From Octopus vulgaris (Eukaryota), in NCBI GenBank assembly GCA_951406725.2, contig OX597819.1, positions 3,038,001 through 3,102,000 on the forward strand: a stretch of DNA of 64,000 nt, written 5' to 3'. The position numbers and the translations under genes were made by a program. This document shows, piece by piece, positions 50,798-64,000 of the stretch. The number at the start of each line of letters is the position of its first letter. Within the stretch, counting starts at the first letter, position 1. Below the pieces are notes generated by a model that saw only the letters and a program-made list of their open reading frames with translations, was not told where the DNA came from and did no database searches.

Positions 50798-53429
50798 AGG
50801 TAGTGGTATATATCTTTATGTGTGTACGTTTGTTTGTTCCCCTCTACCACTCACTTACATCCCCATAACTTAGCAGTTTGGTAAAAGAGATGATAAAATA
50901 AGTATTGAGGTTGATTTGTTTGAGTAAACCCTTCAAGACAAAATCCCAGCAAAGCTTTAATTCCATGACTGAAACAAAAGGTGTACACACAGACGCACAC
51001 ATATGGACTCTACAGGAAGGTATTCTGTTTAGGAGAGCAGTAAATAAAAATGCAAAATGCTGTTGGGTTCAATGGACAACCTTTCTAGAGCTAGAGACAT
51101 GATAAAAGGTACCCAGTCCATGCTGTAAAGTGGATAATGATAGGTATATCTGTAAAAACGAAGTTCAAAACATAAAAAGCACAGAGACAATGTGATGTCA
51201 ATAGCTGTAGCGAAGGCAGCCCATCTAAGAGATGAGTAACCCCAGCATCACAGGCATGACATTGGCTAAAATACAAGTAGAGGAGATGTTTTAATCTTGG
51301 CAAACCCCCTCTTTTAAGTTAGTAACATTATAGATGACATTCGGATGTACATGCTGTAGAGGGGTCGATGACAGAAAGGATTGTAAAAAAAAAAAAAAGA
51401 AAAAGTGACCTCAATCCCTAAAAACAAAAATCATGGCATACATAGAGAATAGGAATTTTATTTTTAATGATGGCACCAGATGATGAAGGGCTGCAACAGA
51501 CTCGTCCAATCCACACTAACATAGAAAAAAAACATGCAAAAAAATAATGAAGATGATGATGATTAGTTGGAGTATAAATTTAACGTTGGGTTCTTTAATG
51601 ATCCAGTTGTAATTAATCCCTTGTTGCATGAATAGTTCAAGATGAATATCCAAGATGTTTCCATATATGCAAACATTCATCTCATATGAACCCACTTCAG
51701 TTTCATTGGGTCACCACTGAAGGAGTTATATCCAGTTAGTCTATCAAAGACAAGTGAACCTAATTTAGCTTATTCCTCCTCATTTCTCAAATGGAATTTT
51801 ACAGATTGTCACCACCATCATTTTATGTTGGATGAATTGTCATAGTTTGAGCCCTTTTTTACCCACCTAGGTATGGTCTCCAACCATGCCTCACTCATCT
51901 ATTTTCATTTTGGTACAGCTTCTATGGCTGGATGCACAGAGGGTACTAAGTGCATTTTGTCATGGTACTAGAAAGGTTGTTATAGCCTTCCTCATTCTAC
52001 AATGTCTTCACACATTTGTCAACCACTTTACAGAGTGTACTGGGTGCATTTTGTCATGGTAGCAGAACTATAGAAGTTGTCATGTACTTCATAAAACCAG
52101 ACTAAGGATCTTAACCCCCATGATGCCAACACTGGTTAGTCATCCACTTTACAAAGTATACTGGATAAACCTTATCATAGCACCTAACTTCTATATTTCA
52201 TTTCTATTCATTCAAGAAAATATATTAGAATAGAGAGGAGAAAGCGCAATTTCAGGTGAACTAAGGTGAGAGAAAGGAAAAAAGCAAAATATAAGGAGTA
52301 AGAGATATGGTCCAACCAGAAGTTGAGTCAGCATCACTGACTTAACTTAGGAGTTGACTCTCAAGTTATATGACTCACACATCTTTAATGTACAAATATC
52401 AAAACAAGTATATAATCCAGTGTAAACCAACAGTATTATGCACCCGTGGAGCAAACACTGGTGAGTTTTACTGTACCTTGGACTATATTGTCAGAGGAGA
52501 AATGATGACTTTGTGGCATGTTTTTTCCTTAAATCATCTCCTGATAATCAAAGTTATCAACATCATGCTGACATTAATCCAACACAACAGTATAATTATT
52601 CACTCAATTTTGTATTTTCTCAAGCCTTCTTTTTCTACTGTCAAATCATGATAAACAGATAGTCACTTGCCCACTTCTGTCTTCATTAACATCACATGTA
52701 TTTACTTAAATACAAATATATAAATATATGCACATAATGTAATAGATATTTAACTAAATTTACTAAAATTTCCAAATAATGAATTATATTTCTAAATGTC
52801 TGTAAAAAGTTTATAATTAAACCAACCAGTTCACCTGTAGATTTTCATGTGGTGCCTAAAGTAATTAAGCAGTTCATTACCAAGTTTACCAGGAACAATC
52901 TTTTACAAAATGAGAGTTGAAAATTAACTGTTCATTATCAGAGCTAAATTTGGTTTCTACAATAACTAAATGAGTGGTTAGTAATTGCTAATTAAGAAGG
53001 CTGATTCATTAAATGAATGAATATAAGTAAAGCCATACAAGGGATTAGTCATATCAGCAATTAATTTGAAGTGGATGTTGCTAAGTATCTTCATGTGTCG
53101 ACATTTGATCACTGCACTAGACTTTTCATGTGGAGATCATGATTAATGAAAATAGTACCTGAGAACCATAGACAGTAGACTGTTCTTGGGTTTAATAGTA
53201 AGAATATTTGTGTGATGAGACAGTTCATGGATTATTATGCACGTAAATTTGCTTGTTTGTTCAAGTACCAAGTGCTTTAGTCTTATTATTACCAATTTTA
53301 TAGTCAGGCTGTGTCAGGCTAATCTCACATAAAAACCACTTTAAACTATTTGTTTCAGCTTTAGCTCTGGAAGTATTTTTGCTTACAAAGGCCACAAGAT
53401 AAAGAATCATCGTAATTTCACACAATTAT

Positions 53430-54500
53430 GAGAAAGTGTTTGACAAGACACCTCACATTGTGATTTGGTGGTTGCTAAGGAAACTAAGAATAAACTGATA
53501 GTTTGTGATGGCTAAACAAGCTATGTATGAAGGAGCAGCCAGTAATGTGAGAATATTGCAGGTTGGAGTAGATCAGAGCTCAGGTCTCAGCCCATTCGTA
53601 TTTATTATAATCCTTTAAGCCATGGCTGGAATTTAAGTGAGGCTGCCTTTGGAAACACCTGTATACATATGAATTAGCTCTTAGAAGAATTGAATCTGAA
53701 ATTTCAGGCATGGAAGCAAAATCTGGAACTGAAGGACCTTAGCAAAAACAAAAAAAATTTGTAAGTTGGAATTCAGGACCCTTGTAACATCAGCGAAATG
53801 GCCATGCTCCAACTGTAGAAAAGGAGTTAGTAAAAATTCTCTAAAATTTGATCAGTGTAATCAGTGGATACACAGAAGTGTATTTGGATTAAAGACAGGT
53901 TAATAGAAAAGACAGACTTCAGATGCAGCAGGTGAATAGATTCTCTTAAATGCCCATATGCTTCCCAAGAAGTGGTTGATAGCTTTTGCAACTAGGTGAC
54001 CAAATTAGCAGTGTGGAGTAGATGTTTCAAACGTGTGTTAGCTAGAATAAGAATCGGCTGGAGAAAATCCAGATTGCTATTAATTTTGCTGGCAACAAAG
54101 GGCTTATGCTTCAAGATCAAGAGCAGATTGCAATACTTGTGTGTGAAGTACATTGCTGCATGACAGTGAGAGGTGAACGTTGAGAGTAGAAGACATGCAA
54201 AGGCTGGAAAGGAATGAGGTGAGCATGCTTCACTGCATGTACAATGCTAGATTGTATGACCTGCAAAGTATAAATGAATAAAAAGACAAACTGAGAATAA
54301 GAGGAATCCGTTGTAAGAGAGGAGACTGGGTGTGGGATGCAAATGGAGAATGACAGCTATATGACTAAGAGTGAATGGTTTCTGTGGAAAAGGAAGATTT
54401 GGCATGATGGGGTGAAAGATAATTTCAAGGCGTCCTATCTAAAGAAGGAGATAATTGAAGACCATGTCCACTGGTGACACACAGTGCTGCAGAAGATCTG
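53430..54500 (+). mobile_element. Old, degraded RTE LINE
   Basis: Recognisable remnants of EKVFD, QSSGLSP and the Cys finger, collinear with the younger copies. Confidence 0.7.
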
Positions 54501-56599
54501 ACCTCCTGCACAGACTTAGTGCAGGATTCCCCACCAACCTGTTGTCTATTCTATACCCTCACATTCAACACTCATATATTTTCCTAACTATTGTGTCTAT
54601 TCTCTACCCACTCATACTCAAGTGTCATGACACTCATATCAATTTCTGCATATTGAATATCTTCCTATCCCATACTTCCACCACCGATATCATACTCCCA
54701 TTTACTTTCTCCTGAATCATGATATTTGAGTGGGGAGGGATTGTACTTCAGTAAGCATGACTCATGTTAACTTGTGGTTATACCCTGGCCCTTCATTATC
54801 ATTTTATCTATCCCTCCTCCACAATCTACCCACCCCTTTATAACATGGTGTAGCACTGTATCACCATCTACTCAACTATCTCAATTTCTTTCCTCATTAC
54901 CCTTATCACTTTCATTAATCTCCTGATATTACCGGTTCCTTTCCACACAAGCTCTCATGTTTCCCACAAGTACTACTTTACCCTCTCATGTATAATGTGG
55001 GGTAGCACTACATCCACCCCCTTATTCAACCCTTCCCACTATCTTATCACTCTAACACCCTCTCACTAACCCCTTGATGTTACTTTTCACTTACTTCCTA
55101 TTATTTCCTTACCTAAAAGTGTCCCAGTTCTCTCTCAATAATTAATCTTTGTAATTTCACTAACAACTGTCTTGGACACTAAGGTATCATCAGACCCATG
55201 TTGGCATGGTAGAGGGACTCGGCCAGCGCACCACTGGCTCCACCTATTCAATGCCACTCATTACCCCTTACCTTTCTCTCCTTCACATTAATACCTGACA
55301 CTACACCTCTCCCTCTTTCCTTCGTCTCCTCTACTCCCTCTCCAACCCTGTTTCCCCTTCATTACCATCTTCTCATAGTAAATCTGTCCCTTCCATCATG
55401 GGGTGCTCTCTTTTGCTTTGCAAGCTGCAAGGTAACCTCAACAGTGCTGGTGCCACAAAAAGTACCTAGTGCACAGTGATTAGAAATTAATTCAAACAGG
55501 GAAATGCAGGAAAGGCAACCTCTATAGAGCTGGTGCCATTAAAAAATGCACACAGTTCACTCTGTAAAGTGGTGAGAGTTATGAAAGGGATACAGCTGTA
55601 GGAACCATGTCTAAAAATGAGACATTGGAGGAAGACATGGTTGTTTGACCTGATGAAGTCTGTTGAATCATCTTACCATTGCCAATATGGAAAGTGAATG
55701 TAAAATGGCGATGATGATGTTTTTGTACACTCTCTTATCACTAAGGCAAAGGTGCATGGCTCAGTGGTTAGAGCGTTGGGCTCACAATCATGAGGTAGTG
55801 AGTTCGATTCCCAGAATGGGCTGTGATATGTTCTTGAGCAAGACACTTTATTTCATGTTGCTCCATTTCACTCAGCTGTAGAAATGAGTTGCGAAATCAC
55901 TGGTGCCAAGCTGTATCGGCCCCTTTACCTTTCCCTTGAATAAAATTGGGAGTGTGGAGAAGGGAGGCTGGTATGCATGGATGACTACTGGTCTTCCATA
56001 AACAACCTTGCTGGGACTTGTACCTTGGAGGGGAACTTTCTAGGTGCAATCCCATAATTATTCATGACCGAAGGGAGTCTTAACCATTATCACAAAAAGC
56101 CTCACTTAAATGTTTTCACTTTTACCTTTTATTTGTTTCAGTCATTTAAGTGTGGCCATGCTGGGGCACTGCCTTGAAAGGCTTTAGTTGAACAAATCGA
56201 CCTTTGGACTTAATTTTTTAAACCCTAGTACTTAATCTATTGATATTTTTTGCTGAACTGCTAAGTTACGTGGATGTAAACATACCAACACTGGTTGTCA
56301 AGTGCTGGTAGGGAACAAACAGACACAAAGACACACATACTGGCCCCCATGCCAGTGGCACGTGAAAAGCACTATCCCAACGTGATTGATGCCAGGCCTG
56401 CCTGACTGGCTCATGTGCCGGTGGCAGGTAAAAAGCACCCACTATACTCTTGGAATGGTTGGCGTTAGGAAGGGCATCCAGCTGTAGAAACATTGCCAAA
56501 TCAGATTGGAGCCTGGTGCAGCCACTGGCTCTCCAGACCTCAGTCAAACTTATCCAACCCACGCCAGAATGGAAACCGGACGTTAAACGATGATGATGC

Positions 56600-56630
<31 letters not shown>

Positions 56631-57895
56631 GACACACGTACATGACGAGCTTCTTTCAGTTTCTGTCAACCAAATCCACTCACAAGGCTTTGGTTGGCTT
56701 GAGGCTATAGTAGAAGACACTTGCCTAAGGTACCATGCAGTGGGACTGAACTCGGAACTGTGTGCTCATGGATATATGTGTGTTTGTAGAAGTGATCTTG
56801 CCAATGGTGATGTTTGTTTCTAGTTCTTCATGCTGTTTGATAAACTGGGAGCTTCTTAATTCATTCGAAAGCAAGTGGAGGTTGGCAACAGGAAGGGCAT
56901 CCAGTCACAGAAAAACCCTGCTGCAATGTACTCTCATCTGACCCAAGCAAACTTGGAAAAGTAGATGTTAAGATAATGATGATGATGATGATGCTTAATA
57001 TATTTTCTACAGACATTATTTTCTTTGCATTAGGAAGGGCATCCGGCCATAGAAACTATGCCGAATCAGACTGGAACCTGGTGCAGCTCCCAGCTTACCA
57101 GTTTTCAGTTAAACCGTCCAACCCATGCCAGCATGGAAAATGGACATTAAATGATGATGATGATGAGATAAGTGCGAAACTTGTATACAAGCTTGGCTAG
57201 AACTTCTTAATCTCAAATAAAAGAAACTTATGAATATGAGATGGTAGGGATTGAAACTAAACCAATAAATACAACCCCCAAAAAACTATAAGGCTACAAG
57301 AAAGCCTCTATACGGTTAACTGAGCTGCTAGAAATAGCAGCAAAACATTTTACAACTTGCTTCAACCATCTTAAAAATGAAAGAACATATTAGTCAATGA
57401 AGTCTAAACTGATCTGCTCTATGGCTAAACAAACACTTACCCCCATCCCTCAAAAAAAAAAAGAAAAAAAAAGAAAAACCAACAAAAAACAGGGAAAAAA
57501 ACCATTGCTTTTAAGTTCTACAATTCTAAGTCCTGAAAACAAAATCTCATGACCAAAAAGAAACATTCATGAGAAAATACTAGTTATTTATATTCTTACT
57601 CAAGAAAATACCTAAACAATATTTTGCATACAAAATTAGACAATAAATGACTCTTTGAAAAATGGTCACATTCAGTTTGATTTCTATGGATCAATAGACA
57701 TGGTTACAATAGACATCAATAGACATGGTTACAGAGAGTATATGAAGTTGTATATTATTGTGCTCAGACAATGTTGTCAAACTCATTACTAAACTAGTGA
57801 CTAACAAATTTATTGGGCCCAGCCCATGCTTGGAACTGTACTGTAACAAATTACAAAAAAAAAAAATCAGTGAAGTAATTGTTAAATAATGTTAC

Positions 57896-57929
57896 TTGTA
57901 AAAGAGTGACGCCTAGTTCCAGATGCCAT
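57896..57929 (-). CDS. Putative first coding exon of PH-actin-fold gene (MASGTRRHSFT)
   Basis: aaaATGG Kozak context and donor A|gtaaca in phase 1, matching the phase-1 start of the next exon. An in-frame upstream ATG lies at 58004 with a stop just before it. The surrounding DNA is non-repetitive and GC-richer. No homology support. Confidence 0.5.
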
Positions 57930-59863
57930 TTTGGGATTTTCATCCACACATGCACAGGGATTAGAGTCTTCCGGAAGGCCAGCCAGAAGCCCTGTTATGT
58001 TCATACACAGTCATCAGCAGCAGCTAGGCTTGACCGCCATTCTCTCTCTTTGGCCCCGGCTTCTGACCATACAGGAAGCAACTTAGACCAGCTCCGTGGA
58101 GCTGGGATTCTGATGGCGAGCGATGTGAAAATGCCTTCGTATTTTTGTGTCTAACTACCAACCCTGCTGCTTCTCACACACCAAAGTGTCCAGGCTACCG
58201 ATGCCCAGAGATGAAATGTTTATTCAGGCGAAATAAATTATTATTGTTATTTATTCGAAGATTTTTGTTCCCGCTATTTTCCTTTCCACGACTACGTAAG
58301 GTATTGTGAGGCACCCATCCAGTGCCAACCTCACTTCCTACAAGAGCATATCTACCACCAGAATAAAACAATAAAGTAAAATCAGTCACAACAAGCTGGT
58401 TGTGAAGAGGTTCTGGGTATTCCCTATTTAAACAAGGCATAAGATTTAGTTGGAATGAAAAATTCGTTGATTAGTATCTAGATATTGGTTTCAAATTTTG
58501 GCACAAGGCCAGCAAAACTTCGGGGCAAAGTTGATTATATCAATCCCAGTGTTCAACTGGTACTTATTTTATTAACCCTGAAAAGATGAAAGGCAAAGTT
58601 GACCATAGCAGAATTTGAAATCAGAATGTAGGGATGGATGAATTGCCACTAAGCATTTTGCCTGGTGGCCTCATGATTTTGCCAGCTCACTGCCTTAGTG
58701 TTTAGATACCATACAGACATTATTATGAACAAGTTTAAAAAACATAACTTCATTCTAAGGAAGATAGGGAGTTTAAGAAAGAAAATTTAGCTGTTACATT
58801 TAGCAGGTTGAGATGTAGAAGTTGTTTTACAAAGTTTGGAGTAAAAATGTTAGATGTTTTGTGCTTAAGGGAAATGTTATCAATGTTCATGTTGAAATTG
58901 TTCAGAAGTAAACAGATAAGACATAGAAAAGAACAAAATTTAATTCCCTGAATGTGTAATGTTAATTAGCAGTCTAGTTTAAATAATTGCTTGCAAGTGG
59001 AAGATTTCATTAGCACAGTAGAAATAAAGAAGTTTCTAAGTAGGATTAAGAACATAACTAATCAGTAGTTACAGCTGAGCTAAAAAAATCTAGAATTTAC
59101 AGAAATGTAGAAAATTTAGGCTAAGGTGAACAAACAAAATTTAATGACTAATTAATTATGGATATAAGTCAATTAATAAAAAAAAGGTCATATTTCAGTA
59201 ACATTTTTGTAAATAAATATCTGTACTTGTGTAAAAAGTCACTGGGAATGCAATATTATAACCTAGATTCGTTAAATGGTTCTGTATTGAAGAGAAAATA
59301 TCAATGTTTAATGCTAGGAGATTGGGCTACGTTAACGACATTTTATAAGTTTGTGCATTATTGGCGTTGCAAAAATGGTTAAAACACAAGGAAGAAAAAT
59401 GTTAAAATTATATAACTGCCCCACAAGTGTGGCAAAAGTAGAACACTGGACTGCACAGTTTCACCCTAATGGGAACTGTCACCTGTGTGTCTCTATTGCT
59501 TCTATGGCCTACCTAATTCTCTGCATCAGTATATATATTTGCCATATATATTTATGGCTGATTCAGAGAAATGTCAAATTGTATGGTATAAAATTAATGT
59601 GGGCAGCTAGCTAGGTATATTATAAACTGCATACACAAAATTTAGTTGTCTCTAAATATGACTGTATGTGCTACAATCACAAATATTGCTAGAAATAAGA
59701 GTTAAACCACTTATAGCTGGGTAAAAGCACATTTATATATACTGGCAGGGTAGATAACTTCCCATGAGTGAAAGAAAGGTAGAACACTACACTGCAGTTG
59801 TTGCCAGAGTGCCTCCACTGCTTCTATGGAACAGCTAATTCTCTCTGTTAGTATACATATTTG

Positions 59864-59904
<41 letters not shown>

Positions 59905-60107
59905 AATAAGAAAATGGAGGAACAAATTCATTTCGATCATCAACTTACAGATATTCCAATTTCATATTATTTATTAATTATACAAATAGGAACATGAAAA
60001 TCGAACAAAACAATATTCATCAATATGCAAATTAATAATACTAGCAGTATATTGGATAACTGATATCCCATAGTGGATTACCCTCATAATCCCTATCTTT
60101 GTGTTTG

Positions 60108-60146
<39 letters not shown>

Positions 60147-61166
60147 TCATCATCATCATCATTTAACGTCCGTTTTCCATGCTAGCATGGGTTGGATGGT
60201 TCAACCGGGGTCTGGGAAGCCAGGAGGCTGCACCAGGCTCCAGTCTGATCTGGCAGTGTTTCTACAGCTGGATGCCCTTCCTAACGCCAACCACACCATG
60301 AGTGTAGTGGGTGCTTTTTACGTGCCACTGGAAAAGGGGCCAGATGAGGCTGGCAAACAGCCACGATCAGTTGGTGCTTTTACGCGTCACCGACACGGAC
60401 GCCAGTTAGGTGGTGCCGGCAACTGCCACGTTTGGATGGTGCTTTTAACGTGTCCCTGGCACGGGTATCTTAACTACAATTTCCATTTCAATTTTCATTT
60501 TGATATATATATACATATGTATATGATGGCTGATTTAGTGAAATGCCAAATCATATAGTATGAAATTAATATGGGCAGCCGAGCACAATACAAACTGTCC
60601 TGGGCAAAATTTAGATGTCAGATGGAAAGAATTTGCTGTGCCATAGAAGCAATGGAGGCACACTAATGACAATTCCCATTAAGATGAAACTGTACAGTCC
60701 AGTGTTCTGGCTTTGCTTTGCTCATGGGGCAGTTGTCTACCCTGCTGGTTGCCAGATTTATTGCCAAAAATATGTATGGTCACATTGTTTTGGTGAATGT
60801 GGATCACTTTTAGATTCTTGTTCAGCCTCTTCCTCCAAAAGGTTTCTGTAAGCCCTTTACATATCTCAATGTATTGCTAACCACTTCAGAAAATCAAAGA
60901 GAATGTTGCCTTCATCAGCTTAAGAATTAGTCATGAAGACTTTCTGTGCTGATTGTTGGCTCTTGGAGAGGAGGTGTAATGCCTAACTCATGGACTAACT
61001 TACTTTCCCAATCATAAAGGTATGCCTATATTCTATTCCCCATCATCAGAGCAGAAAAATGTCTCCATTGGTTTCAAATGCTTCCAGTAGGTCAAAGTAG
61101 ACCTTCACCTGACTCTTCTTCAAATCTGGTGTCAATGCCACTTTCAACGTATTTTTTTGATACATA

Positions 61167-61567
61167 GGTGTGGGAGTGGCTGTGTGGTAAGTAGCTTGCT
61201 TACGAACCACATGGTTCCAGGTTCAGTTCCACTGTGTGGCACCTTGGGCAAGTGTCTTCTACTATAGCCTCAGGCTGGCCAAAGCCTTGTGAGTGGATTT
61301 GGTAGATGGAAACTGAAAGAAGACCGTCGTGTATGTATATATATATGTATGTGTGTGTATATGTTTGTGTGACTGTGTTTGTCCCCAAACATTGCTTGAC
61401 AACCGATGCTGGTGTATTTACATCCCTGTAACTTAGTGGTTCGGCAAAAGAGACCGATAGAATAAGTACTAGGCTTACAAAGAATAAGTCCTAGGATTGA
61501 TTTGTTCGACTAAAGGCAGTGCTCCAGCATGGCCACAGTCAAACGACTGAACCAAGTAAGAGAGTAA
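61167..61567 (+). mobile_element. tRNA-derived SINE family A, full length (other copies at ~295-445, 3785-4170, 8263-8470, 9017-9365, 45198-45567, 56120-56330, 63469-63625)
   Basis: Box A/B-like head (tggctgtgtggtaa...ggttcagttcc), shared body ggatttggtagatggaaactgaaagaag, internal (TA/TG)n and tail ataagtactaggct. Confidence 0.85.
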
Positions 61568-62495
61568 AGTGTTCTGCATTGCTTTGTGACCAGAGTGGAG
61601 CAGTGCATTAAGCTCATGAAATGTGACTTGTTTGTCTGCATGAATCAGTTTGCTCATTCACTGGCATTTATGCCGGTGGTTATAATATCTCACTGACTTT
61701 TCATTGAGTAGTTTGTCTTCAATGCTTCTTTAAATGTCTGCATCCTATTTGTGCACATTGTTCTTGTTAATGATGTCATATCTGTTAATGATGTCATACC
61801 TGTAGTCTTCTATGGATGTCAGACAGACTGCACCCCTACTTTGTCAAGAAATCAATGATGGCATGATGTTTCTATTTGGAATCTATTATTTGCTTTCAAT
61901 GAAGAACAAGAAAAAGAATTAATATAGAGGAAGAGTTATCCTACCGGCATGTGCAATATGAAGGATAGTTAATAAAAATGTATGCTCAGTTTTGCATTAT
62001 GAACAACAGCTATTAACGCCAAATTGTAAGAAAGAAGTTTACTGCTTGTTTTATAGTATAACAAGCAGTTTAAAACTTAGTGCAATACCATCCCTGCTAT
62101 TACTATTGTATTGAGATAATGATATATTAGGGTTTAATGTTATACTCAAGAACCGAGTTCTAGAATTTTGTAGATATATTTGTTCCAGTGCACAAGCACC
62201 TATTCAAAATAATGAATTATATATACAAAAAAACCCCCCATAAATTCAAGAAGTAGGAAAGGTGAATATGTATTTAACCATGTGACTTCCATACGATTAT
62301 GGTTGTTTTGCAACCTTCTTCATGTGGCATTAAGTTCAGTATGGAAGAAATTATGCATGCATGTTTGAATTAATACATATGCTCAGCATTATACAATAAA
62401 ATTGTGTATTTAGTAATTGGTACAAAAAAAGAAAGCTAGCACATCATACCATAGGAACATCATGGTTACAACAACAATTCAACACTGTATTATAT

Positions 62496-62538
<43 letters not shown>

Positions 62539-62540
<2 letters not shown>

Positions 62541-62734
62541 AGGGGGTGTTGAAAAGTTCCTGACTTCAAGGGCATCATGAAAAGCCTGGTTGGAGGCCCA
62601 ACCTTCTGAGTTCTTTCACAGGCCCTGCAATAATAGTGTGAATCTGAGAGGGGAATATATTGAATAAAATCGTAATTAACTAATCCTTCTGTATTTTTTT
62701 TTTACCCAATGCCAGGAACTTTTCGGCACACCCT

Positions 62735-62736
<2 letters not shown>
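62539..62736 (+). mobile_element. mariner-derived MITE
   Basis: TIRs CAAGGGGGTGTTGAAAAGTTCC / GGAACTTTTCGGCACACCCTTG. Internal VNLRGEYIE* matches a mariner C-terminus. Confidence 0.8.
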
Positions 62737-62804
<68 letters not shown>

Positions 62805-63944
62805 CACAACAATGTGTGTGTATATATATATACACACACACACATACATTCATTCATACACACACTTGTATGTGTGCATGCATACATATATATACACACA
62901 GAAACACACATACTCATACACATACAGATGCATGTGTGCACATATAAATATATGTATACTTATGCATCTCAACAAAAGAATGCAAGAAATAGAAAAAAAA
63001 ACTATGTCTCACATACATATACGTGTTTGTGTATATATTAAGACTCATTAGTTATATAGGAATGTTCTTAGTAATTATAATATTGCGAAGGTGTGTAAGC
63101 AAGTGATTAAGGTGTTGTGGTTTCAGTTCCCAGACATCAGTGCATTGTCTTCTTGAGCAAAACACATAATTCCCCATTGTGCCAGTCCACTCAGCTGTAA
63201 ATGTGTAGCTCTACAATGGACCAGCATTCAAATCAAGGAGAACATTGGCTTGCCTACTTGGATAGCAGAGTGGCATCATTTAGAAGCTACAACAATGTGA
63301 GAAAATGCACTGAGACTAGCTGTGTACAACAACAACTGATAGTTTAGTTGATACAGTGATACTAAGTATTAAGGTCCTCATTGTGGTTACTAGCTGTCCT
63401 TTCATGGAAAGCAAGGTAAAATTTTATCTCTATGTTTTGTGCATTTAATGAAAAGAAAGGAATTTAGATGGTGCAAGCATGGCTGTGTGGTTTGAAAACT
63501 TGCTTCCTAACCATGTGGGTCTTAGTTTCAGCCTCACTGCATGGCACCTTGGACAAGTGTCTTCTACTACAGTCCTGGCTACCCAAAACCTATTGAGAAG
63601 ATGGTAGATGGAAACTGAAAGACGTTCAAGTCGTGCCATTACTTTTCTGCAATGAGGTCACAGCTCAGGCACTACAGAGTAACTGGAATGTTGCAGGCAA
63701 GAATTGCATTGCAAGATGAATTATTCAAGGTGAGAAAACCAGCAGGAAACCTAGGGATGCACCACATAAGGTGGTTGGATAATATTTATGGTTTTAGTTG
63801 ATCATAGGTGAAGTACCTGATGATCCACTCAAAAATAATGGGTGGTGAAGATGGAGGGACAGATGGATGGAGGGATGCAAAAATTATTTAGGATGCATTT
63901 TATATTTTCATTGCCATTATTACTATTACTATGATTATTATTGC

Positions 63945-63981
<37 letters not shown>

Positions 63982-64000
63982 GTTTACGGTGGCGAACTGG

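Noticed and set aside
52835-52855. Possible 21-nt microexon (APHENLQ)
   Set aside because: It has a stop in phase 1, which is the phase required in this intron.

Overview
AT-rich, microsatellite- and SINE/LINE-dense eukaryotic DNA. The repeat families look like those of octopus (recalled, not verified by search). About 57 kb of the window is one minus-strand, many-intron gene. I assembled 13 coding exons (57929 down to 1041, 1248 nt, 416 aa, continuing off the left edge). They encode a short N-terminal region with two microexons, a PH domain with a canonical phosphoinositide-binding motif, and a divergent actin-fold domain fused directly behind it. Collinearity with actin requires one non-canonical GA-AG intron (donor at 3464). 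The introns hold RTE-clade LINEs with a PHD-like finger inside the RT C-terminal region, including a young copy with a heavily re-duplicated 3' UTR. They also hold several tRNA-type SINE families, Penelope, maT/mariner, hAT and piggyBac-like remnants, a composite Helitron, a templated 234-bp inverted duplication and several long hairpins. Nearly all ORFs in the supplied track are repeat or microsatellite artefacts.
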